Positions 49,701-57,694 of a stretch of DNA of 64,000 nt are shown here, in pieces. This DNA is from Bacilli bacterium (GTDB lineage Bacteria > Bacillota_I > Bacilli_A > ML615J-28 > CAG-698), in assembly GCA_050953065.1 (NCBI GenBank), contig JBMNLZ010000002.1, positions 192,001-256,000 on the forward strand, given 5' to 3'. The position numbers and the translations under genes were made by a program. The notes below the pieces were generated by a model. It saw only the letters and a program-made list of their open reading frames with translations. It had not been told where the DNA came from and made no database searches. Every line of letters begins with the position of its first letter. The stretch's first letter is position 1.

Positions 49701-50442
49701 AACAGATTGTTCAAAAGTTTTCATTAAGGAATTTACTATTTTAGATGATATAGGATTGTCATGTGAATATGATAATAGAGAAGAAATGGTAAATGATTTT
49801 CTAGATGATTATACAGCATTTTACAATGCTGCTAACAATACAAGTTTATCTAGAGTAACCTTACTTATTCCAGGAGATTCTGGCTATGATGCTAGTACGG
49901 CATTAGTGGCTAGATTAGATAATCAAAATGCTACTTTAGAATTATTTTATAACAACCTTGATTTATACAATAAGTGGATTTGGATTGTTGACTATACAAT
50001 GGAAATACGCCCTTCAAGTCAAACTGAGTTTCAAAAATATATAAACAATACAGCAACTGGAACAAGTACAATTGTAAAATATGAAATATGGGCTTTCTTA
50101 AGTAAAAGAGTAAAAACAACGTGGCCACAAACTAGTGACTATACAATAGATGAAAACGCAAATGGTTTTTGGAGTTTAATAAATGGTGAATCTATAACTA
50201 TAGATATTAATGTTACAATTCCAGCTGGTCAAACAGTTATGATTCCTTTAATAGATGCAGAAGTACCTATTAATATATTGCAATATTATTTGTGGTCTAC
50301 AGAAAATCCAGAATCCGTAACATTTGCAGATTGGGGAAAAGTATATATTAGTTCTTCGGCAATTGGACAAACGGTTGTACTTAATGGAAGTTATATTCTT
50401 AACCCTAGGGTAGTAGTTAAGATTACTGTACAAGTAGAATAA
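46768..50442 (+). CDS. Large secreted S8 subtilase with short BspA LRR and conserved Ig-like C-terminal scaffold
   Basis: Signal peptide ending VFA; triad VGIIDTG, GHGTHVAG, SGSSMAAPMVSG; GGRLNA; IGNNAFANQTSL; C-terminus homologous to 31981-36183. Confidence 0.92.
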   Translation: MFNTNKVKKVSRFSALSIIISILILGLIVSFTFMNCNTIYVFAAEGEQTVSMTKVYSDVSIEEDFDGSSIIVIIDNSLSGINKRHDVNFFEGIEIVEIEDLTVKTESARSLVDKKTFEQVLKIKLPQDCKESVIRGIKQLESINGIKYAGPNRYIEVERNPNDPFFTHVSGGEANQWGLNRIQANLAWDLTTGNNNVRVGIIDTGIGDIVGGQANHPDLNANLVAGGDFVNMNGTTPGPLRADTDGHGTHVAGIVGGVGNNSVGISGVNWNVSLVPMQVATGDTIDAAACVRAINFATNTWNNENRISILSMSIGRYTEWPEIETAIRAYPGLFVCSTGNRKQNNDITHHYPSFYGSALHTNPLTNMISVGRSDINDERPTDLNINANWGAQTITLFAPGQNIISTYPVSVTSNWTPGYHRTSGSSMAAPMVSGVAALLLSVNANLTTTQLRAAIVNNVDVLDTFENDPTNGRQCVTGGRLNAYKALSSVIFTTSNVSNGISINGFINGYTMPNNTELVLPDSFAPLGDEEQQPVVAIGNNAFANQTSLTEISIPSSITSIGANAFAGCTSLNSVIREFNYDITTTNCYYLIRENLNNNFLEVNGETVSNTNDIVPLYLSAGNHSIKVQGSNISSVMSAPTLEKVEQIFLNSNQDVKSSIESGKNIFHFNNFGGRFVRFTIEATSSNPNNPTISYLENAIIVRDSNGVIKKFENSIFSIEARNVTDSNTITVYLPTTKTYYVEVNFSTTDISELTLTARLLDNASQFNLFNLNENANSNINLFNIGTSNGDEIKVINILQSGQFKFVVNCDNRTTSSKFVIIKEKLVDNQIVRQVINVWNMDMDENGNGEIVDLEPAKYYMGYFNTPVGVDVTILINRLVTQSGSDVLVTDPDYMTPCGSQINIIEADKNIKSYRQTFITEGFTRLVYFDIDYAPSISRLDYYWYSSNSSVATVTPYGTVLALPVTTATTVKIMAVFKTDCSKVFIKEFTILDDIGLSCEYDNREEMVNDFLDDYTAFYNAANNTSLSRVTLLIPGDSGYDASTALVARLDNQNATLELFYNNLDLYNKWIWIVDYTMEIRPSSQTEFQKYINNTATGTSTIVKYEIWAFLSKRVKTTWPQTSDYTIDENANGFWSLINGESITIDINVTIPAGQTVMIPLIDAEVPINILQYYLWSTENPESVTFADWGKVYISSSAIGQTVVLNGSYILNPRVVVKITVQVE

Positions 50443-50505
50443 AAGTTTTTTAAGACTTTGTAAAGAAAGTGGTGGTTTTTAGGCCTTAAACTTCTCAGTA
50501 ATCAA

Positions 50506-50542
50506 AAAAAGCGTTTCGTTTTTAAATTGCGAAACGCTTTTT
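50506..50542. terminator. Bidirectional terminator
   Basis: AAAAAGCGTTTCG...CGAAACGCTTTTT. Confidence 0.85.
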
Positions 50543-50664
50543 ATCTATCTTAAAATTATAATTATTTTTTAATCAAAATTTATATAAATAAATAAAATAC
50601 CTTTACAAGGATACTTAAACCAGCATCATCTTTACATAATCAATATAATAAAGGCGCCTATATA

Positions 50665-51528
50665 TTAGCGCCTTTTATTTAATTCATCTATTACTTCATC
50701 AACTAAATGTTTGGGAGTACTAGCTCCACTAGTTACTCCAATTGATTTTATATTTGAAAAATCAATTTTATCTAAATCTTTATAATTATCAATTAATTCA
50801 CATCTTGCTTTAGTATTATTAAGACAAACATTTTTTAATTCTTTAGTATTATTACTCATCTTATCTCCAACAATGATAATTAAATCATAAAGCATCCCTG
50901 CTTCAATTACAGCTTTTTGACGTAATTTAGTAGCCGAACAAACTTCTTCTGAATAAATAATATGAGGAAACTTATTCTTTAGTTTTTGATATACTTTTAT
51001 TACATCAAAAGTTGAAAGAGTAGTTTGGTTTGTAAAGAAGATTTTTTGATAATTTAAATTTAAATTATCTAAATTATCTTCTAAAGTAATTAAAGAGATG
51101 TTTTTCTTATTAGAGATGATTCCTTCTGTTTCAGGATGGTTTTTAACTCCAAGATATAAGATGTGATAACCTTCGTTTATTTTTTCTTTTATTAAATTAG
51201 CAGTCTTTAAAACATTAGGACAAGTTGTATCAATATAGTCTAAGTTTTTTTCTTTTAAGATTTCATAAACTCTATCACTTACTCCATGTGCAGTTAGGAT
51301 TACAGTACCTTCATTAATTTCTTTAAGTAAGTTTTCTCTAGTATCACCATGTAATATAATTACACCTTTTTCTTTAAAACTATTGATAACATGAGAATTA
51401 TGAACTAAATCACCAAGCATATAAATAGGTTTTTTAAGATTAGGATTACTTAATGCTTTATTTAAAAGGTTTATGGCATTTACTACTCCAAAACAAAAGC
51501 CTTGAGGTTTTATTTCAAAAATTTTCAT
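50665..51528 (-). CDS. ispH: 4-hydroxy-3-methylbut-2-enyl diphosphate reductase
   Basis: GFCFGV, LVHN, TAHGV, DTTCP, HPE, NQTT, CSAT, SGASTP. Confidence 0.96.
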   Translation of the reverse strand: MKIFEIKPQGFCFGVVNAINLLNKALSNPNLKKPIYMLGDLVHNSHVINSFKEKGVIILHGDTRENLLKEINEGTVILTAHGVSDRVYEILKEKNLDYIDTTCPNVLKTANLIKEKINEGYHILYLGVKNHPETEGIISNKKNISLITLEDNLDNLNLNYQKIFFTNQTTLSTFDVIKVYQKLKNKFPHIIYSEEVCSATKLRQKAVIEAGMLYDLIIIVGDKMSNNTKELKNVCLNNTKARCELIDNYKDLDKIDFSNIKSIGVTSGASTPKHLVDEVIDELNKRR

Positions 51529-51645
51529 AAAAAGTCTCCTTTTAAAAGATTTTAACATTACTTTAAATTAAAGTAAATAAATAAAATTAATAGTTTATTT
51601 TTTTAAAATGTTTTGGTATAATTTTTTATGGAAGAGGTATTTTAA

Positions 51646-52518
51646 ATGAAGATAATTGAAAACAAATATTTAAAAGCAAGGATTGCTGTTAAAGGAGCTG
51701 AATTAAAGTCTTTAATCTATAATGATAAAGAATATATTTGGCCAGGCCAAGATGGCATTTGGAATAGAAGTGCTCCACTTCTTTTTCCAATTGTTGGAAG
51801 CTTAAAAGATAAAACAACTTATATTAATTCAAAACCTTACTCAATGTCACAACATGGATTTTTAAGAGACCAAAAATTCTCTTTATTAAAGTGTAAGAAA
51901 AATGAAATAAAATTAGTTAATTTATATGATGATAATACATTAAAGATGTATCCTTTTAAATATAAAGCAGTTGTAACATATAAGCTTTTTGGTAAGAAAA
52001 TTAGAACTCAAATTGAAATCTTTAATTTAGATATGGAAGAGTTACCTTTTAATATTGGTGGACATCCTGGAATAACTTGTCCTATATATAAAAACGAAAC
52101 ATTTGAAGATTATAGTATTATTTTTCAAAAGAAGGAAACATTTAATGCACCTAGTGTAAATGAGAAATCTTTACTGGATTTTGATAAAGTATATTGTTCA
52201 TATGAAAATTTAAAAAAACTACCACTTAAATATTCTTATTTTGATATTGATGCAATTATAATTCCTGAGGTTAAATCTTCAAAAGTAAAATTATTTAATA
52301 AATCAAATAAAGGAATTGAATTTAATTTTCCAAAGTTTAAATCTTTAGCACTTTGGACTGCTCCTAAAAAAGAAGCTAATTATATTTGTTTAGAACCTTG
52401 GATTGGTTATGCTGATAAAGCTAATACTAAACAAAAGTTTATTGAAAAAGATAATATTATTAAATTAAAACAAGCTCAAAAATTTAAAATATATTATGAT
52501 ATTAAAATAGTTGATTAA
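51646..52518 (+). CDS. Aldose 1-epimerase family protein (LacX-like)
   Basis: GAELKS, APLLFPIVG, HGFLRD, GGHPG, ICLEPW. Confidence 0.92.
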   Translation: MKIIENKYLKARIAVKGAELKSLIYNDKEYIWPGQDGIWNRSAPLLFPIVGSLKDKTTYINSKPYSMSQHGFLRDQKFSLLKCKKNEIKLVNLYDDNTLKMYPFKYKAVVTYKLFGKKIRTQIEIFNLDMEELPFNIGGHPGITCPIYKNETFEDYSIIFQKKETFNAPSVNEKSLLDFDKVYCSYENLKKLPLKYSYFDIDAIIIPEVKSSKVKLFNKSNKGIEFNFPKFKSLALWTAPKKEANYICLEPWIGYADKANTKQKFIEKDNIIKLKQAQKFKIYYDIKIVD

Positions 52519-52589
52519 TAATAAAAAGTAGACAATTAAAGGAAAATATAGTATAATACTTATATATATAAAACAAAAGAGGTATAAAA

Positions 52590-53147
52590 ATGATTTCAAG
52601 TAATGAATTTAAAACAGGTGTTACAATTGAATATGATGGGAATATTTTTCAAGTAATAGAATTTCAACATGTAAAGCCTGGAAAAGGACAAGCTTTTGTT
52701 CGTACAAAAATGCGTAATTTAAGAACTGGTGCCACAATCGATTATACATTTAATGCTGGCGAAAAAATGAAAAGAGCTAATATTGAAAAAAAGAAGATGC
52801 AATATTTGTATAATGCAGGAGAGACATATTCTTTTATGGATATGGAAACATATGAACAATTAGATCTACCAAAAGAAAGATTAGAATTTGAAAGAAACTT
52901 TTTATTAGAAGGTATGGAAGTTACAATTATTTCTTTTCAAAATGAAATATTAGGAATAAACTTACCTGAAAAAGTAACTTTAAAAGTTGTTGATTGTCCA
53001 CCAGGAGTTAAAGGAAATACTGCAGCTAATGCAACAAAAGAAGCAATCGTAGAAACAGGTTATAGAGTGTTAGTTCCTCTATTTATAGAAAACGATGATT
53101 TAATTATCATAAGTACTCTTGATGGCAAATACTCTTCAAGAGCTTAA
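52590..53147 (+). CDS. efp: Elongation factor P
   Basis: HVKPGKGQAFVR, PGVKGNTA, VPLFI. Confidence 0.98.
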   Translation: MISSNEFKTGVTIEYDGNIFQVIEFQHVKPGKGQAFVRTKMRNLRTGATIDYTFNAGEKMKRANIEKKKMQYLYNAGETYSFMDMETYEQLDLPKERLEFERNFLLEGMEVTIISFQNEILGINLPEKVTLKVVDCPPGVKGNTAANATKEAIVETGYRVLVPLFIENDDLIIISTLDGKYSSRA

Positions 53148-53220
53148 ATATAAGAATAGGGAAGCAAATCCCTATTTTATTTTTTAAAAAGCAAGATATT
53201 TTAAAAGGAGGTGAATAGTT

Positions 53221-53745
53221 GTGTTTAAATATAAAAGTAAGAATCAAATAGAAAAACAAGAAATGATGAGGCATTTAAAACTTGTTGAAAAAGATGAATA
53301 CCTATATGTTGTCACAACCGACCCTTCTTTAATTGAAAGTGATAAAATTAATATAGTTTTTTCTAATAAAGATTTACCAATTGTTGAGGACTTAGTTTAT
53401 AAAATTAAAATGGGAGAAAACTATTATATTAATTTAGTCAATGAATCAGGAATTAAAAAAACTAGTGTTAGAGATATTGAATATTTTGAATCACTAGAAA
53501 ATGAAGTTTTCGCTTATGTTGGAAATGAAAAATTTACCGTTATGGAAAAATTATATACAATTGAAAATGAATTAATGGATAAACATTTTATTAGAACATC
53601 AAAATCATTTATCGTTAATATTTTAAAGATTTCAAGAATTAAACCAAAGCTTAATTATAAATTAGAATTAGTGATGATGAATAATGATACAATTGATGTT
53701 AATAGAACATATATGAAAAGTTTTAAAAAGGCTTTAAAAATTTAG
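53221..53745 (+). CDS. Stand-alone LytTR DNA-binding protein
   Basis: DIEYFES, KLYTIE, FIRTSKSFIVN, VNRTY; GTG start with AAGGAGGTG SD. Confidence 0.88.
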   Translation: MFKYKSKNQIEKQEMMRHLKLVEKDEYLYVVTTDPSLIESDKINIVFSNKDLPIVEDLVYKIKMGENYYINLVNESGIKKTSVRDIEYFESLENEVFAYVGNEKFTVMEKLYTIENELMDKHFIRTSKSFIVNILKISRIKPKLNYKLELVMMNNDTIDVNRTYMKSFKKALKI

Positions 53746-55349
53746 GTGAAAAATATGGTTATACATGCAATAATAATTTTTTTAGGATTATTTCTAATTT
53801 CTGTTTTCTTAATGTTTTTTACAAATTATGTAAAAAACATTAATAAAGAACTACAAGCTAAACAAAGATACTTATATATTCAAAATAATACAAAAGTAGT
53901 ACCAAAGAGTGCTTGTGTTTCTTATATATTGTTTTTGCTGTTATTATCAATGATGATAGCTATTGCGATTGCTCCTGAGGATTTAAGTTTTAAAAAAGTT
54001 AGAACTCTTAGTAATCTTAATGATATAATTACTGCTAATTCTTTAGAAAACGAAGATCTTTTAGACCAAAGTATTAGTAGTGTTATTTGTAATATCACAG
54101 GAGAGATTGATCTAACTGTAGAAAATGGCAATAATGTTTATTACATCAAAGAAAATAAAATATTTAAAATAGAATTGATTGAATCTCTTAATTCTTTAAT
54201 GTATACTTTTGAAACAGAATATGAAGTTAAACTATTTAGTTTAGTCAAAGATACATTTTTAATAGTATTAGAAAAAGAATGTTGTGATAGTGCAATTTAT
54301 TTATTTGATGAAGATTTTAATTTATTAAAAGAATTTTATTTTACATGTAAAATAAAAAAACATATCTTCAAAATAATGAATTAATAGTTGTTGGATGTAG
54401 AGGGGTAAGTGAAACTAGTTCATATGAAATAAAAATTAAAGATGAAAAAGAGATTGATTATAATATTGAAATTGGTGATATGTATTATACCAGCAATTCA
54501 ATTATAAAAAAGAATTTATTAATTTTTAAATATAATTTGAAAGCTTCTACATATCAAGCAAGAACTGTTTTAGTTTATGACTTTATGTATGAATTTATAG
54601 ACAATAAAAATTTGTTTTATATTGTTAATGCTAGTTTACAAGGAGATAGTATTAGATATTATACAATTGTAATTGATTATAATTTTTCTTCTTTTAAAAG
54701 AAATAAAGATGTAAAAATTGTTGGTATGGCATATAGTTTTCATCATTTAGATCAAGACATTATTCAAATTCAAACCATAGCTGTTAAGAATGGTAAAAAT
54801 ATTATTAAAAAAATTAGTATTTCTAAAAATTTTAAAATTAAAGAAATTGAAATTTTAGAATTAGAAAAAAATAAAATCGTAGTTGAAAAATTTAATAAAG
54901 CTTTTTTAATTGATACAGAAATAAAAAAAATGCTTGGAGTTGGTGAAATTTATGGTGGTGAGTTTATTTCTGGAACAAATACTTCAGGAGAAAATCTTTA
55001 TAGACGAATCATTGATAACTCGTTAATTGAAATATATGAAACTGATTACCATTATTTGATTAGAAAAATAAATTTATTTACGAATAAAGAAGTAAGTTAT
55101 AGTTTTGGTAAAGCAAATGTTTTAGATATTAAAAGTAAAATTAAAGAAGGACTTACTGGAGGAGTTATTTTTAAGTTAACAGATAATACAATAAAAATTG
55201 TTATTTTTAAAGAAAGTAACGAAGATAATATTTCAATAGAAAAAGATAATGGCATAATTATTTTTACAAGAAATTATATTTTGGTAGAAAACGAAGAAAC
55301 TTTGATATATAATTATTTAGGGGAGCACTTAAAAACTATTAATAAATAG
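53746..55349 (+). pseudogene. Membrane-anchored beta-rich protein split by a one-base frameshift in an A7 tract
   Basis: Adding one A at 54354-54360 joins ORF 53746 to ORF 54480 through an open frame KTYLQNNELIVVGC...IGDMYY. Confidence 0.7.
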
Positions 55350-55361
55350 GAGAAGTAAAAA

Positions 55362-56105
55362 ATGATTTTAACGATTGATATTGGAAACACTACCATTACC
55401 TTTGGTGTGTTTGAAAAGGAAAGATTAGTTCATAAGTTTAAACTTTTAACTCATAAAACTTTAAATACTGATAATTATATGTATTTACTTGAAACGAATT
55501 TAGCTGAGTTTAAAGATAAAATTGAAGTAATGGTTTTTTGTAGTGTTGTGCCATCTTTAGATGATATTTTTAAAGCGATTGCCATTAAGATGAATGTTGA
55601 GTGTATAGAAATTACTGTTCAAGATAAAGGCGATTTAAAAATTATGTTAGAGGATGAAACAGAACTAGGTAGTGATATTTTAGTTGGAGTTTTAGCTGCT
55701 ATTAAAAAATATAAAGAGCCTTTGATAGTAATTGATTTAGGAACAGCAATTAGTATGGCTGCAGTTAATGAAAAAAAAGAAATGTTAGGTGGAATTATAA
55801 TGCCTGGTATGGCAACCTCATACAAAGCATTATTTAATAAAGCTGCTAAATTAAATGATGTAGAAATTGCTGTACCTAAAAATGTAATAGGAAAAAATAC
55901 TAAAGAAAGTCTTCAAAGTGGAATGACATATGGTTTTGCTTCTTTACTAGATGGAATGATTAGAAAGGTAAAAAAGCAGATGGGGGAAGCTAAGGTTATT
56001 ATTACTGGTGGGAATGCACTGGATATTATGCATCTTTTTGAAGAAAAGATAATTTATGATGAAAATTTATTATTAGAAGGATTGTTAATGCTAGCAAAAA
56101 AATAA
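55362..56105 (+). CDS. coaX: Type III pantothenate kinase
   Basis: LTIDIGNT, SVVP, LGSD, IDLGTA, GGIIMPG, TGG. Confidence 0.95.
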   Translation: MILTIDIGNTTITFGVFEKERLVHKFKLLTHKTLNTDNYMYLLETNLAEFKDKIEVMVFCSVVPSLDDIFKAIAIKMNVECIEITVQDKGDLKIMLEDETELGSDILVGVLAAIKKYKEPLIVIDLGTAISMAAVNEKKEMLGGIIMPGMATSYKALFNKAAKLNDVEIAVPKNVIGKNTKESLQSGMTYGFASLLDGMIRKVKKQMGEAKVIITGGNALDIMHLFEEKIIYDENLLLEGLLMLAKK

Positions 56106-56126
56106 AAGATAAAGAAGGTATTTAAA

Positions 56127-57491
56127 ATGAAAGAAATAGAAAATGCCAATTTAGAATTAGTAGAATTAATGAAAGCCTCATCGCAAGATATTTTTGAATA
56201 CCATCCATAGGATATTGCTGTAATTTATCAGGCTTTTGAAGACGAAGAACGTTTAGAGTTTAATCAAAATTTTACGCCAGCAGAATTGGCAAAAATTTAT
56301 GAACACATTGATAGTAAGATTGCTTTAGAATATTTAAGTCAAATGCCGTTGAAGGTTGGAGCTAAAATATTAGAAGAAATGGATATTGAAGAGGCAGTTG
56401 ATATTTTACAACTTTTAGAGGAAGAAGAAGTTTTAAGTTATGTTTCGTTTATCAATAAAGAAACAGCTAAAGAAATAAAAACATTACTTAAGTATGATGA
56501 AGAAGTTGCTGGTTCAATTATGGGGACTAGTTATGTTGAAATTCCAGTTGATTCTTTAGTAAAAGATGCTATGAAAATAATGATTCAAGAAGCTAAAGAT
56601 ACTTCATACATTAATACTTTATATGTAGTTAATAAAAAAGGAGTTTTAGTTGGAGCTTTAGGATTAAAACAATTAATCATTGCTCGTAAAGAAGATAAAA
56701 TTATAGATATTATGACTGAGAAGGTAATCTCAGCTAATGTAATGAGTCAAAAAGAAGATGTTGCATCTTTAATGCAAGACTACGATATTGATGCAATTCC
56801 TATTGTTGATAATAAAAACAATATGTTAGGTATTATCACATTTGATGATATTATGGACGTAATTACTAAGGAATCAGAAGAAGATTATGCGATGTTAGCC
56901 GGTTTAACAAGTGGGGCAATTGAGGCTACTAGAGAAAGTATTTTTTCAGCGGTAAAAAAACGTGTTCCTTGGTTAATGATATTATTAGTACTTAATTTAT
57001 TCACCTCACTAATTATTAGTGGTTTTGAAAAAACTCTTGCAACAATTGGTTTGCTTGCGATGTTTATGCCACTGGTATTAGGAATGGCTGGTAATACTGG
57101 GACTCAAAGTCTAGCTGTTACGATTAGATCTTTATCAGAAGATGCGTTAAAATCAAAAAAAGAAGTTATTAAGCATATTTTAAGAGAAGCTTTAATTGGA
57201 TTTTTTAATGGACTTGTTGTTGGTATAATGGTTTTTTTAATGGCTAATTTAGTCGTTGGTATTACAACTAATGCTTTCTTTACAGCTGAAAACATTAAAA
57301 CAGGAGCTGTAATTGGTGCTAGTATTATGCTTACCTTAGCAGTGTCAACTACTGCTGGAGCGTTGATTCCTGTTGTTTTCAATATGATAAAAATAGATCC
57401 TGCTTTAGCAAGCGGACCACTAATTACAACCATAAATGACATCGTTGCTTTAACAATTTACTTTGGACTAGCTACAATACTTCTTTTATAA
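56127..57491 (+). pseudogene. mgtE: Magnesium transporter MgtE with in-frame TAG at codon 28
   Basis: ATG 56127 with GAAGG SD reads ...EYHP*DIA... in frame with ORF 56286; CBS pair, RVPWL, GNTGTQ, DPALASGPLITTIND. Confidence 0.85.
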
Positions 57492-57518
57492 GACTCAAGG
57501 GGAAACCTTGAGTCTTTT
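57490..57518 (+). terminator. Intrinsic terminator of mgtE
   Basis: AAGACTCAAGG-GGAAA-CCTTGAGTCTT-TT. Confidence 0.88.
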
Positions 57519-57694
57519 ATTATCCTTAAACCAAGGTTAAAAAAAGAAGTTTCAAAATCAAAAACGATAGACTTTTAAAGTTCTAAATGCTAGAATAAAT
57601 TGAAGAGTTATGCATATATATTTAAGATAATTATAAAAAATCTTAGGGAAGGAGATTGCATAAATAAGATATTTATGCATCTAAAGTAAGGGGT

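Noticed and set aside
56208-56210. Genome-wide TAG recoding or pyrrolysine
   Set aside because: TAG is the normal stop of truA, pheS, ispH-flanking and LytTR genes here, and no pyl genes are seen.
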